Assembly: GCF_009914755.1 (NCBI RefSeq)
Contig: NC_060933.1
DNA: 64,000 nucleotides
Origin: the human T2T-CHM13v2.0 reference genome, Homo sapiens
Reading direction: 5' to 3' (one strand)
How positions within the stretch are numbered: the first letter of the stretch is position 1; the number at the start of each line of letters is the position of its first letter. A program made the position numbers and the translations under genes. Shown in pieces: positions 1 to 15,342 of this stretch. The notes below the pieces were generated by a model. It did no database searches. It saw only the letters and a program-made list of their open reading frames with translations, and was not told the DNA's origin.

Positions 1-355
<355 letters not shown>

Positions 356-528
356 CTAATTTTTATGTGATAAAAGAAAAACTAATACCAATCAACACTG
401 TTTGCTTTGAAATTATTTGGAATTATTCTGGAATTAAAAATAAGGAAACAATAAAGAACTTACAAAATAAACAAAAGGTGAAGGCATTTATCATCACCGG
501 CATGGTCCCACAAGAAATGCTACATGGT

Positions 529-645
529 GGCCAGGCACCAGTGGCTCATGTCTGTAATCCCAGAGTCTTGGGAGGCCAAGGCAGGCAGATTAGTTGAGGC
601 TAAGAGTTCAAGATGAGCCTGAGTAACATAGTGAGATGCTGTTTA
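529..645 (+). mobile_element. Free left Alu monomer (FLAM/AluJ left arm)
   Basis: GGCCAGGCACCAGTGGCTCATGTCTGTAATCCCAG...GAGTTCAAGATGAGCCTGAGTAACATAGTGAGA, no right arm. Confidence 0.8.
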
Positions 646-901
646 TTTTTTTATTGCCAAAAAGAGTCCATATGTTGAAAAATATAATGATGCTGACAGC
701 CTTAAAAAACTACATGAAACTATAAAGCTTTCTGTTAAATGTAAATATATAAACACATATACAGTGGTTTACTACCATAATCATGAAGCAAAATCTCTTA
801 AAATTCTGCTATAGAATTTCAACAAAAAAATCTGCACAAATCTGTTAATAGATATAAAATATAAAACAATATTTATAATAATAAAAAACTACAGGATGTA
901 A

Positions 902-1219
902 GCGTGGGCACAATGGCTCATGCCTGTAATCCCAGCACTTTGGGAGGCCGAGATGAGTGGATCACGAAGTCAGGAGTTCAAGACCAGCTTGGCTAAGATG
1001 GTGAAACCCCGTCTCTACTAAAAATATGAAAAATTAGCCGGTCGTGGGGGTGGGTGCCTGTAATCTCAGCTACTTGGGAGGCTGAGGCAGAGCATTGCTT
1101 GAACCTGGGAGGCGGAGGTTGCAGTGAGCCGAGATCACACCACTGCACTCCAGCCTGGGTGACAGAGCGAGACTCCGTCTCAAAAACAAAACAAAACAAA
1201 ACAAACAAGCAAAAAAAAC
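902..1219 (+). mobile_element. AluS (Sg-like), full length
   Basis: Dimeric Alu with (CAAAA)n tail; target-site duplication ACTACAGGATGTAA at 888-901 and 1220-1233. Confidence 0.93.
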
Positions 1220-2126
1220 ACTACAGGATGTAAAGAGGTATAGTTTTTGTATTCAACTGAAGTTATGACATACTAATATTGTTATAACTTTAAAATGTTT
1301 TACATAATCTCCAATTACCTAGATAATACAAGTTTATAGAAAGTATGCAATTCAAAATGAGAAAGGAAACAAAGCATAACACTACAAAATCAAAAAAGCA
1401 AAAATTAAGACAGTAAAATAGGAAATTATGGAAAACATCTCTACAAGAAACACAGAAAATAATAACAATCAAAATGGTAATAGTAACTTCATTTCTCTAA
1501 GGAATCATTTTAAATGTAAATTGATTAAACTAATAATAAGAAATTAAATGACTAAATGGAATAAGAACAAACAAAATCACACAATATGCAACAAATCACA
1601 CAGTATTCTTGTTTGAACTTGGTGTACTCTTTTAGGACACATAAGAAGCCTTATTAAGTTTAAGAAGACTAATCAGGTGTGGTGGCTCATGCCTGTAGCC
1701 CCAGCACTTTGGGAGGCAAGGACTGGAAGATTGCTTGAGACCAGGATTTCAAGATACTCACTTTAACTTTGATTCAAATAGGTTGAAAGAAACAGAATGA
1801 AGAAACATATTCCATGCAAACAGTATCCACAATTAAGTGAGGTGGTCATAATTATATTAGACAAAATACGCTGTAAATCAAAAACTAGCATGAGGTAAAG
1901 ATTGTTACTATATAATGGTAACATTGGTCATTTACCAGGAATCTATAAGTATTATATCTATTTAAAAGATCAGGGTTCCAAAATGTATAAAGCTAATATT
2001 GACAGAAGTGAAGCAAAAAATACATAGCAACATAATAATTACAGACATTAAGACCCCACTTTAATAATCAGTGAAAGTTTAGATAAAACATCAATAAGAG
2101 AACAAAACCTGGATGACATTATAAAT

Positions 2127-2538
2127 TGTATTAATTCATTTTATATTGCAATAAGTACCTAAGACTGTGTAATTTATAAAGAAAAAAGATTTGTTTTCTT
2201 CATAGTTATGCACAATGTACAATAAGTGTGGTGCCAACATCTGCATCTGGTGAGGGTCTAAGTAAGCTTACAATCATGGTGAAGGCAAAGAGAAACCAGA
2301 CATATTGCATGGGGAGAGAGGGAGCAAGCATGAAAAGAAAGTGCCAGGTTCTTTAAACACGCAGCTCTCATGTGAATTAACAGAATGAGAACTCATTGAT
2401 CACCACGGGGATGGTGCGAAGTCATTTACAAGAGATTTGCTCCCATGACCTAAACACACCACACAAGGATCCACATCCTACATTGGGAATCCCATTTCAA
2501 CATGAGATTTGAAGGGTACAAACATCCAAATCATATCA
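2127..2538 (-). mobile_element. MST (MSTB-like) MaLR solo LTR
   Basis: TGTATTA...CATCCAAATCATATCA termini; internal CTTACAATCATGGTGAAGGCAAAG and CATTTCAACATGAGATTTG typical of MST. Confidence 0.85.
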
Positions 2539-2668
2539 TAGACCAACTACACATTAAAAATATGTACAGGACTCTACAGTAAAAAGGAACAGATTACATA
2601 ATATTCTTGTTTGAACTTGGTGCATTCTGTTAGGACACATAACAAGTCTTATTAAGTTTAAGAAGACC

Positions 2669-2973
<305 letters not shown>

Positions 2974-4119
2974 TTAAGATGACTAAAATTATACAGTTAC
3001 ATTTTCTGACTAAAATAAAATGAAACGACATCAAAATCAAGAGATAAACTGGCAAATTCAAAAATACATGGAAATAAAACACACTCTTTAATATATTCTT
3101 GCTCAAGGTCCAGATAATTTAATCTAAATGTGAAAACAACTCACGGTGGTGAAGAAATTCCAATGGTACATTGTTGACCAGAAATATTGTTTAAAACTCT
3201 TTAAATTGATTATGAGCTAAAACTAGCCAAACACCCATTAGAAAGAACAAAGAGGCATTGTATTTCCTGATTTCAAAATATATTAAAAAGCTATAATAAA
3301 CAAAAGCAATGTGGTACTAACAGAGACAAATAAACAGATGATAGAACAAAATAGCCCAGAAATGAACCCTTCTTTATATAATCAAATAATCTTCCACAAA
3401 GTAGCCATGACTACACAATAGAGAAAAGAAAATCTCTTCAACAAATGATGTTGCAAACTGAGTATCTACGCTGAAGAAAATAAAGTTGGATTATTTTCTT
3501 GCACATTTTAAGTAAAATAATGAAACTAAAAAACATATAATGAATACAACTCTTAAAAGAAAAAAATAGGGAAAATACAGAACACTGGTTTTGGCACTTT
3601 TTTGTAGATATGACATCATACTTATGAAAAACATAAAAACCCCCATAATTTAACTATGCTAAACTTCAAATTTTCAGCACACCAAAGAAAATATTTAGTA
3701 GAATGACAATGCCACTGAAGAAATGGGTGAAAATATTCGCAAATTACATGTGATGAGTTAATATTCAGAATTATAAACAACTAAAACTGAACAACTAACA
3801 TTGAATAAATTGATTTAGAAATGGACAAAGAATTGAACTGATGTTTAATCAAAAATATATATGTAAGTAGAAAAAAGCACTTAAAATAATGCAAAAAAGG
3901 ACCAATTGTAGAGAAATACAAAACAAAATTACAATCCAAAACAAAACCACCTCATACCCATTAGAATGGCCATGATAAATTTTTAAAATGCCAAATCTGT
4001 TGAGGATGTAAAGAAATTAAAACTCATGTGAATGGTTGGTGGGGAAAAAAGGATGCAACCATCATATTATGAATGTTTCTTAAAAATTAAATTACATAAT
4101 TCAGGAATTCCATTTATAA

Positions 4120-4580
4120 AACTATATTCAAATATAAATCATATTATTTGACTGGAATATAAAATATATTTTTATATATTAATATATTTATAAATGGAAT
4201 CCAAGAATTCCACTTATAAATCTATATTCAAACATAAATATAAATGTATATTCCAAATATAAATCTATATTCAAACAAAGAACCTGGAAGATATACTTGA
4301 ATATATATTTGAAATATTGGTATAATAAATATATTGTACCAATATTTATACATTTAATATATATTAATGTAATATATATTAACTATATTATACCAATATT
4401 TATATATTTTATATATACTAATATAATATATATTAAATAAATATATATTATATAAGTAAATATATATTTAATATATATGTTAAATATATAAATATTGGTA
4501 TCATATATTTATTATACCAATATATTATATAAATATATACACATATATTTATATATACACTATATATATAAATATAGTAT
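4120..4580. repeat. AT-rich low-complexity (TA)n-like tract within the L1
   Basis: Near-pure A/T with recurring ATATATT/TATAAAT units. Confidence 0.85.
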
Positions 4581-4965
4581 ACCAATACTTACAAAAGCCA
4601 AAAGGCAGAAGTAACCCAGATATCCCTTGACTGATAAACAAATTAAAAATGTGACATATACATACAGTGTAATATTATTCAGCCTTAAAATAGTAAATCT
4701 GTCACATTCTTACATAAACGTTGAGAATATTATGTCAACTGAAATAAGATAGTAATAAAGTGACAGATACTATATGATTCCATGATATGAGTCATCATAA
4801 GTAGTCAAATAGAAACAGAAAGGAGAATGGTGTTACTCAAGGTCTAAAGAGAGGGTAAAATGGGCAGTTGTTACTTAATGGGTATTGTTTTAATTTTAGA
4901 AGACGTAAAAGTTCTAGAGATCTTTACATAACAATGTAAATACTCTTAACGACTACAATGTACAA

Positions 4966-5255
4966 CTTTTTTGAGGTAGGTTCTCACTCTGTCCTGCAGG
5001 CTAGAATGAAGTCACATAATCATAGCTCACTGCAGCCTCAACCTCCCATGCACAAGTGATTCTCCTGCCACGGCCTCACAAGGAGCTAGGACCACAGGTG
5101 GAAAACCCAACACCTGGCTAATTTTAAATTTTTATGGGGAAGGTCTCTCTATATGCTGTGCAGGCTGGTCTCAAGTTCCTCGGCTTAAGCAATACTTCTG
5201 CCTCAGTTTCCCAAAGTGCGGGCATTATAGGCATGAGCCTCCACCACACTCAGCA
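4966..5255 (-). mobile_element. AluJ, antisense, inserted in the L1MB 3' end
   Basis: Poly-T then GAGGTAGGTTCTCACTCTGTC...CATAGCTCACTGCAGCCTCAACCTCC...CCCAAAGTGCGGGCATTATAGGCATGAGCC. Confidence 0.85.
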
Positions 5256-5527
5256 CTGAAATATAGACTTAAAAAGCTTTAAGATGGTAAATTTTATGTT
5301 ATGTGTTTTCACAATTTTTTTTGAAAACAACTACAGGTGATATAGGTCTTTCTATAAATCACAAAATATATAAATATATAAATATAAATCACCGTCAAAT
5401 CACTAAAGTGTTTCTCTCACACAAAGAAAATATATATATTTATCATTAAACACCTGGTGAATATACCACTGTTTCTATGACTACTCACCTTCACATAATA
5501 AGACAACTATTGAAAATCAGCAAAGAA

Positions 5528-5789
5528 GGCTGGGCGTGGTGGCTCACTCCTGTAATCCCAGAACTTTGGGAGGCCGAGGCAGGCGGATCACCTGAGGTCA
5601 GGAGGTAGAGATCAGCCTGGCCAATATGGTGAAACCCCATCTCTACTAAAAATACAGAAAAATTAGCTGGGCATGGTGGCAGGCACCTATAATCCCAGCT
5701 ACTCGGGAGGCCGAGGCAGGAGAATTGCTTGAACCTGAGAGGCGGAGGTTGCAGTGAGCAAAGATTGTGCCACTGCACTCCAGCTGGGC
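5528..5789 (+). mobile_element. AluSx-like, 3'-truncated (no tail)
   Basis: GGCTGGGCGTGGTGGCTCAC...GGATCACCTGAGGTCAGG...CACTGCACTCCAGCTGGGC, then non-Alu sequence. Confidence 0.9.
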
Positions 5790-8450
5790 CTCTACTGTGG
5801 CCTGCAGACCTTGGCCTCTACTGTGGCCCCTAAAAAAGTTCAGTGACTCAGTTTCAGCTGTCTTTGCCACAGTTCACAACAATTCCTGCCAACACAGGAA
5901 CCCACACAGTGATGTGGAAAAAAACTTCTAAATACTCAGTGGTAGCCACACTTACCACATCCCGATATAAGGTCCACCATATGCACACACAATTGCAGAA
6001 ATCTGTCCTCGTTTCTGCACTATAAATAAAAATCCTGAAGGAAATCCAGCCCACCCAGACATTAGATGGGAATCACAACAACCAAAGCCCCTGGTAAAAA
6101 GTCACTTCAAAGTTGAATCCACTGCATACGCAGCAGCCTTGTGACACAGTTATAAACTCTTCCCTACTACAAGCTCATAGGGCATCCCATTACCCTGTGG
6201 ACCCATTACCCTGGGGACCCAACAAAAGGAGATCTGTACCTCCTGAAACCAGTTTATAAAAAATTAAAGAGCTGTTTGCTTCTTCAAATTTATAGACACC
6301 AGGGTAAGGCTACATGGTTCCATTGTCAATGTTTCTATTTTAACATAGCAGTGAAAGTACTTTGCAGAAGAATTAGTCAAGAAAATGACCCTAAAAATGA
6401 CATTCAAATTGAGGAAAAGAATTAAAATGTTGCTGTTTGTAGGTGACATGATCTTATATATAGAAAACCATAAACAATACATCAAAAACTAACAAATGCC
6501 CTCAGAAAATTGGCAATATATAAAATTAACATATAATTATCAGTTATGATTCCATATGCTAACAACAAACCACCTGATAAAAAAGGAAGAAAACAATCTC
6601 ATTTCCAACAGAATTAAAATAATAAATTTCTGAAAAATAAATTTAACAAAGAAGGCAAAAGGTCTTTACACTGAAACATATATTGTGAAAGAAATGGAAG
6701 AAGTCACAAACAAATGCAAAAAGATTTCATGTTTATGAACTGGAAGAATAAATATTATAAAGTGCCATATGAGTCAAAGTGATCTACAGTTTCAATGAAC
6801 TCTCTATTAAAAATCCAGTGACATTTTTCACGGTAATGGAAACTACAATTCTAAAATTTGCATGAAACTACAATAGGCTTTGAAAAACCAAAGCAATCTA
6901 GAGGAAAAGGAACAAAACAACCAAACTTCATACTTTATGATTTCAAACTATATTTTAAGACTGTAGTAAAAAAAAAGATGATACATGCAAAATATGGACA
7001 CAAGAAAACAATGGAACAGAATAGAGCCCAGAAATAAACCCAGGCATATAAAGTTTACTAATCTTTGACAAGTGCACCAAAAATACACAATGAACAAAGT
7101 ATAGTCTTTTTAATATTTGGTTCTGAAAAAACTGGATACCTCCAGGCAAAAGAATAAAACTAGCTTATTTTTCTTACACCATGCTAAAAGTTAAATTACA
7201 GACTTAAATATGAATCCTTAAAAAATCTGAAAAAAAAAATACATGGAAAACCCTCATGATATGGTCTTAACAATAATTTGTTAGACATAATACCAAAAGT
7301 ACAGCAACAAAAGCAAATATAAACAAGCTGGACTGCATCAAACTAAAAACCTTCTGCACAGAAAAGGGAACAATAAAATAAAAAAATTTGTAGAATGGGA
7401 AAAAATATTTGCAAACCATACATCTGATAAAAGATTGATATACAAAATATATAAGAAATGCAAGCAGATTAAAAGCAAAAACAACAGTAACCCAGTTCAA
7501 AATAGGCAAAAAACTAAACTGATATTTGTCCAATGAAGACATACAAATGGCCAAGAGATAAGCCATAAAGTACTCAATATCACCAAATATCTGGCAATTG
7601 CAAATCAAAACCATGATGAGTATCATTTCAAACATGTTAGAATGTATAATGTAAAAAGAAGAAACATAACAAGTGTTGACAACACTTTGAAGAAAAAAAT
7701 TCTGTACATTCTTGGAGAGTTATAAATTGATGGAGTCATTACAAAAACCAATAGAGGTTATTTGAAATACAGAACTACTGCGCAATCTAGCAATAGTAGT
7801 ATTGTGTATATAATACTGTTTATATAACAAAAGGAAAAGAAATAAGTAACTTGAAGACATATCTGTACCACCATATTTGTTGCAGCATTATTCACAATTG
7901 CCAAGATATAAAAAACCTAAATGTTTGTGGATGCTAAATAAAGAAAAGCTGGTGTAAATAAACAATAGAATATTATTTAGCCTGAAAAATAACAAAATCT
8001 TGCCATTTCAACAACATGGGTAGAACTGGAAGACATTATGCCAAGGGAAATAAGCCAGACACAGAAAGGGAAATACTGCACATTCTCACTTATATGGGGA
8101 ATCTAAGAAAGATGAACTCACAGAAGCAGAGACTACAATGAAAGTTGTCAGGGACTAGATATGGGAGAAAATGAAAAGATGTTGAAAAGGCACAAATTTT
8201 CTGTTATGAGTAAGTTTTTCAAATGTAATGTATAGCTTCATGATACAGTTAACACTAAATTTTTGTATGCTTAAAATTTGGTGTCAGCAGATCTCAGATG
8301 TTTTCATTACAAAAAAGGTACCTATGTGAGGAAAGGTGATAGAAATGCTCATAAACATAATTGTGCTCATCATTTTACAATCTACACATGCAGTAAGTCA
8401 TTACATTGTACACAATAAATATATAGAGAATTTTTATTTGTAAAAAAATC
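5790..8450 (+). mobile_element. L1MA-type LINE-1 (probable 5' UTR remnant joined to distal ORF2 and 3' UTR)
   Basis: Degenerate RT region (TTGCTGTTTGTAGGTGACATGATCTTATATATAGAAAACC ~6430-6470), C-terminal ORF2, and L1MA-type 3' end (CATTGTACACAATAAATATATA). Confidence 0.75.
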
Positions 8451-9266
8451 CACAGTACACACCTACATATATATACACACATATAAATTACAGTTCTGGT
8501 AAACTTTATCCTAAACAAGATAAAATTACAAAATAGTAATTTAAAAAACAAGGAAAGAAGTGGGAGCTTAAAATATGCTCAGTAATGTTCTAAGTTCCTT
8601 GACATAGTGAATTGAAGAAATGGAGGAAATATCTACGTTACATTACAGTTGAGAAATTAAGACAGAATTGAAATTACCAACCTCAGTTAGTACTAAAAGA
8701 ATAATAATATCAATTCAAATAACATTAGATATTCTTAAAGAGATACTTAATATTCTGATTAAATTACTGAGTATGAATTTCTGTAGAAACACATATGAAA
8801 CCTCCATAAAATAAGAAACTATAAAGCAGAAAACATACAACATATGTTTGTTGTATTTCTGGGATTTCTGAACCAAATCTCAATATCACTACTTTTACAT
8901 ATTTCAGACACAATGCAGAAAGCGAACTTAAAAATGGTTAAACACAGGGTTTCTAAAAAATATGCAGCTATTTGTATATCCCCAAAAGCAATAAAAGTAG
9001 TCAGATTGTGCACTCTTTTATAAGCCGTAAAGAGAACTTTGGCTCTCACTGCAAATCTGAAGAAAAATTATTGAAGAAAATGTAGAGTCATTAGAGAGCA
9101 TGGGACAGAGGATGCCCCTATGTGAGAACAAGTGAAAAAACCCAGGCTTCTCAGAAATGATATCCACTGGAGCACAGCTTCCCAAATCACATGTAAAAGT
9201 CTGGGTTCCTCTCAGCCTTTGGATGTCTCATCTATGTCATCCTCTTCTTCATTCGCTTTCACCCAC

Positions 9267-9341
9267 CTGGGTGCTTCATACTCCATGGCTTTTTCCTTTG
9301 CTCCAGACAGGTGACCCGGTCTGGCTTAGAGAAGACAATAC
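9267..9341 (-). pseudogene. KRAB-B box exon of a ZNF91-family zinc-finger pseudogene
   Basis: Minus strand aataaaacAG|GTATTGTCTTCTCTAAGCCAGAC...AAGCACCCAG|GTgggt; translates (G)IVFSKPDRVTCLEQRKKPWSMKHP; 75 bp, splice sites intact. Confidence 0.88.
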
Positions 9342-9764
9342 CTGTTTTATTTTAAAAAGCAGCATGAGCATGACTTTTCCTGGAATTCTCCATTTACCAA
9401 CCTAATACTGTTCTAAGTAGAGAAAAGAGGACATAATAGAAGATTCTAGAAAATTAATTACAAAGTACTTTTTACTGACAGAACCTTTAGCATATTCAGA
9501 AAGTACATTAAATATGTGGGTCCTCTGTTTCACACCCCAGTATTACTGAATCAAAAATTGGTGGTGGCAATTGAATTTTAAGGTGTGGACAACATTATTT
9601 TATGCTGCTAAATTTCTGAAATTACCACTTATCTAGAGTGAATAATATAGATAAACTCAGGAAAGGGGAAAATTCAGGTCAAAATGAAACAACCTGAAGA
9701 ATTTATTTTCCACACCAAAAAATCCTCAAGATTGTCTTGAAAACAGGGATCTGAAATTTACTCA

Positions 9765-10259
<495 letters not shown>

Positions 10260-11176
10260 TTAATCATACAGTATAAGTTCTGCATATTTCTCAGATTAAA
10301 AAGTCAGGCTTACTTATAAAGTACCTCTCAAATTTTAATGTGTACAACAATAAGCTGGAGATCATTTTATGCAGATTTTGTTTCAAGAAACCTGAGGTAA
10401 AACCTGAGTTTCTGAATTTCTAACAAGCTCACAAGTGACACCAATCTTTCTGGCCCAAGATAAATATTTTGTCAAACATTCATTAAGTGACAGAGCCTGG
10501 GTTTTTATGACCAGTAAACAAAGATGAGAGACTTCACTTTTTAAAGAAAGACATATGCAAAGACAATCTAAGAAGAAAAGAGAACTTCCAGATTACATGT
10601 GATGCTTTATGCACATCAGCTGGTAAATGTCCCCAGGGTACTCAATAATAAAAAGAAAAATAACTCTACGGTGGAAAAAAATTCTCAGAGAACTATTTAA
10701 CTAAGCGAATCAAATTAACACCAATTATAACAGAACAAATTTTCATCATGTGCCGATGCTCACAGAAGGACACAATATCACTGCTGGGATACTAGCCCCC
10801 GCCAAAGAGGCAAATTATAATTCAAATCTAATCATAAAGAAACAAGTTTTATGCAAAATGCAAACGACAGTAATCGCTCATGTTGTGTAATCTCTATTAA
10901 AGTATTTACACAGACTTTCTTTAGCATTCTAGAAAGCGAGTATCTTCTAATTATTTTTTTCAAAACTTTCTGAATTATTCTGGGTAATAAATGCCATCCT
11001 GTTCAAATGTGCATATTTTAATCCTGTTCCGCATCGAGTTGATGGAGCACACAGACAGAACTTCAACATTACATATTCCCATTTTTCATGAATATCTAAG
11101 AACCCCACCTCTTCCCCAGTAGGAATCTTGGGTATCCATACCTTTCCATGTGCACCAGCACCAGCAACAAAGGGTA

Positions 11177-11512
<336 letters not shown>

Positions 11513-12884
11513 TGAGTCATAAATTAATGATGAGAATTCTGCATAGCAGAGAAGAAGCCAAGATGAAGAGAATGTCGAGAAGACTCTAGTGTATAGAAAA
11601 TAATATTTTTTCAGAGTTGTTTGACTATCATGAGAAGAAAAAGTGTTTAAACAAACTTATAGGGAGAAACAGCATAAAGTCAAGAAGTACAGGTTTGTAA
11701 GTTCTAAACATATGGCATTCCAGGAGGCAGAGTGAACACTGCTCCTGGTCTGAGACACAGTCACCTGAGAAAAAGCCATTTTTCTCTTCATCGTCCTTCT
11801 CTAGGATTTATTCTCAGGTGATATTCTCTGGACAAGTCACACCTGCATCTTGGGAATATGCCTTTAAAGGAATCAGCACAATCTCTTCACCTGCTACCAC
11901 CACAAACACAGGTAGAAAGATCCAGGCATGCAGAAAATGTCCACTCATTTATGTTCTTTATAACAGGTGAGATTCAAGGACAGTGAGCTCCTCCACAAAG
12001 ATCAAAATTTATCTTTCTCTTTTCCTGCCACAGATGCCACAATTTCTGCTACAGCAATGGGAATATGGGCCACACTAACTTGTCCCTACTAAATCCAACC
12101 ATTGGAATGGACCTCCCTTTGGAATAAAGTTTGAACTCAACTCTCATGAATGTATTTTGAATTCCTCATGTTTGACCCTGGCCTCAACCTGGAGTCACAT
12201 GAGGCACTTAATTATATCAACAAGGATGCTCCCACCCACACCAATATACAGAGCCTGCGGGAAGGGCACAAGTGAAAAGATTTCTGCAACCTGGCCATGG
12301 AATCTTAATTAGAAGCCTGGGCCAAGAACCACTTAGCTAAACATTGCCTCTCAAACTTCAGTGTGCATATAAATCATTTGGTAACCCTGGCCCTACACTA
12401 TGTAATGTGATTCTGCAGGTTTTAAAAGCATCCATGAAAGTGCATTTTAAACACATCTCCTGTCAATGTTGATGTAGCTTCCCCAGACCCATCATTAGTA
12501 GCATTTAGCTAGAGAAAGCAGGCATGGAACAAACTCTTACACTCATCACTCATCACAACACAAATACTTCTGATCAAATAAAAAATCAATCTCTATCCTG
12601 AAAAACCACATTCTTTGCTAGCTCTTTAACTTCAGAGACAGGAGAAGGCAACAACGTCTGAGTAAGTCTGCACTGAAAAACAACATGTACACATATACTT
12701 ATGCAATGCTTATTAAGCAGGTACTATGTGCTCCAGAGTATGTTACAGAGCACTGTGCCGGGAACATCACATTATGTGATTTAATCTTCATAACAACTTG
12801 AGAGTTGGGTACTAAGTGTTAAATAATTCTCAGAATTTAGATGAAGGGGCCAGCATTGTTTTCTTCCCTGTTTATCTCTTATTG

Positions 12885-13184
12885 ATTTTTTTTCTTTTTT
12901 CGGGACGGAGTTTCACTCTTGTTGCCCAGGCTGGAAGTGCAATGGCACGATCTCAGCTCACCACAACATCCGCCTCCTGGGTTCAAAGGATTATCCTGCC
13001 TCAGCCTCCCGAGTAGTTGGGATTACAGGCATGCACCACGACACTGAGCTAAGTTTGTATTTTTAGTAGAGACAGGGTTTCTCCATGTTGGTCACGCTGG
13101 TCTCGAACTCCCGACCTCAAGTGATCCGCACACCTTGGCCTCCCAAAATGCTAGTATTACAGGCATGAGCCACATAGCCCGGCC
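12885..13184 (-). mobile_element. AluSp-like
   Basis: GAGTTTCACTCTTGTTGCCCAGG, GTTTCTCCATGTTGGTCA, CTCCCGACCTC diagnostics; flanking repeat TCTC..TGATTTTTTT. Confidence 0.9.
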
Positions 13185-14881
13185 TCTCACTGATTTTTTT
13201 TAAAAATGTATAGCATAAGTGATAAATGTAGACAGATGGGAGGGATACAGAAAGGAAAGGGTTAAGTGCAGTTTAAAGGGATTTTTTATTGTGTTTCTTT
13301 TACTTTCTTGTGACTTGTGGAGTAACTACTGGGATGGAATGTCTCTACAAGCACTGGTTTTAATTAAAAAGAAAGAAGTTAAGACCTCAAAATATATAGC
13401 TTATTGCTCTAATTTATCTGCTTTTGGGTTTCAGAATATTGTGAGCATAAGCTCTGGAGAGGCAGCAGAAGCCACCTCCCAAATCTCTGGTCTCCTCTTA
13501 TGAGTTCTGTGAGGAGAAACTCCAGGGTGGGACCAGACCTGAATGAGCCTCAGAAAAGGGTGAATCTGGACAGAGCTGGGGTAGAGAAACGGTCCAATGT
13601 TGAATTATGATCTCTATGCTGCTGGAGTACTTCTTGTTCTGTCTTTCCTAAGCCTGTCCAAGAGAAACTTAAGAGTTTGTATAATTTTAATCCATTTAGC
13701 CACTAATCTATTTTATAACATATAATAACAAGCAATTTAACCAAAACTTTTAGGGCTTCCTAGGATAATTTTATTAGAAAATATGTATTCTTAGCAAGGT
13801 AAAAGCAGTAGAAATACAAATAACTCTCCTGTTTGAGAATAGCTCTTCAGGTGGTGACATCAGAAGTCACAACAACATCAGAGTCATCGCCCAAGTCCCC
13901 TTAACACTCCCACTTTATTGTATTGACTATATGATGCTTAATTAAACCATTTTTCCAGTTGCTCTAGACTGAAAGTTTTTGAATGACAGGGACCCTGACT
14001 GCTTCATCTATTTTTCTAAAGGCCATATGAAATGGAGGCAATTTGTTTATCAGTCCAAGTCTCCAGAACTCCTGAATTTTTTGCCAAGGAAACTGGAGAA
14101 ACTCTCGTCCAGGTACCAACGAAGGAGATTCTTTCTACAAAAGAAGGAACAGACACTGAATGACTCATTTCCCTTCCTCTAACATGGAAGCAGAATTAGG
14201 CACTCCTGCCAGTCTGACCCAAGTCTGTACAGGACATCCTGAAATGTCTTAAAGATTCCCGGGTGATTGTGAGAGGATTCCTAGTGACCATAGACTGATG
14301 ACCATATGTTGATCCAGGTAGGAAAGACTCAAGCTGATTCTAAATAGAAAATGGAACTGCCCTGGTAGAGCTCCAGAACCTGGATCTACATGTGATATCA
14401 CCTGTTCTGATTAGCTAGGTCTTAGGTAAGAGAAAGGACAAGAATACTCTACTCCAGTATCACATTTTACAAATAGGTAAACTTATGTCATTGCTCTGGG
14501 TATTTTGTGGCTTTGATCTCTCCCTGCTGACATGCATGTTTACACTTACAGATTGTGCAACCAGATTCTATTTACACCAGCAGCCTCTCACATAACCATA
14601 GCAGGTCACTGGAAAAGATCTGGAAAGCTCAAAGGGATACACTCTGAAGGAAGGGCTTTAAGATTTCTATGCTGACATCTCACAGATCAGAAAATGTCTC
14701 CTATGGGTTTTCTGTACATTCTCAATCCAAAATCTGGCTCTCTCCTGTGAATCCCAGGGAGAGCTCAGCTCTTATGTACAGATTACAGGTAAGATCAACC
14801 TGACTCTTCATTCTTTGGTGTTACAGCAAGGAGAGTAAAAAAAAAAAGTTTCCATCATAAAGTCTGCTCTAGCACATGATA

Positions 14882-15342
14882 TGTCAGCCTAAAAAGAAAA
14901 GGCTAAGGCAACACTCATTTAACTAGAGAGTTTATTTGGGCCAAGACTGAGGATTGAACTCTGGGAGCATAGATTCAAGTTGCCTTGAATGTACACTTTA
15001 ATTAGCAGCAGTTACAAGTGGATTTACAAAGGCAAAAGAGAGGGACAGGGAGTGGACTGAAACAAAGTTGTTTGTCAGAAATTCTTCTTGATCTACAGAA
15101 ATAACATTGATGACTAATTGGCTATATATTTTTAAGCTGTGAGGTATTGCTTGTAACATCTAGTGTGGCATTATTAGGTTAATTTATATCTACTTGTAGG
15201 AATAGCAAACAGTTTCAAGAGGTAAACACGTAGCTCAAAGGAGGCAGTAGAACATAATTATGTTCTCATTTTTGTGTCCCTCCAGGCCTGATAAAACTAA
15301 AAGGACTTGCACTCCTCAGATCAAAGTTATTCTTTTTCCTCT
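14882..15342 (-). mobile_element. ERV1 (MER4-group, MER57/MER93-like) solo LTR
   Basis: GAGAGTTTATTTGGGCCAAG...AAAGGACTTGCACTCCTCAGATCAAAGTT; resembles the element at 34650-35113. Confidence 0.55.
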
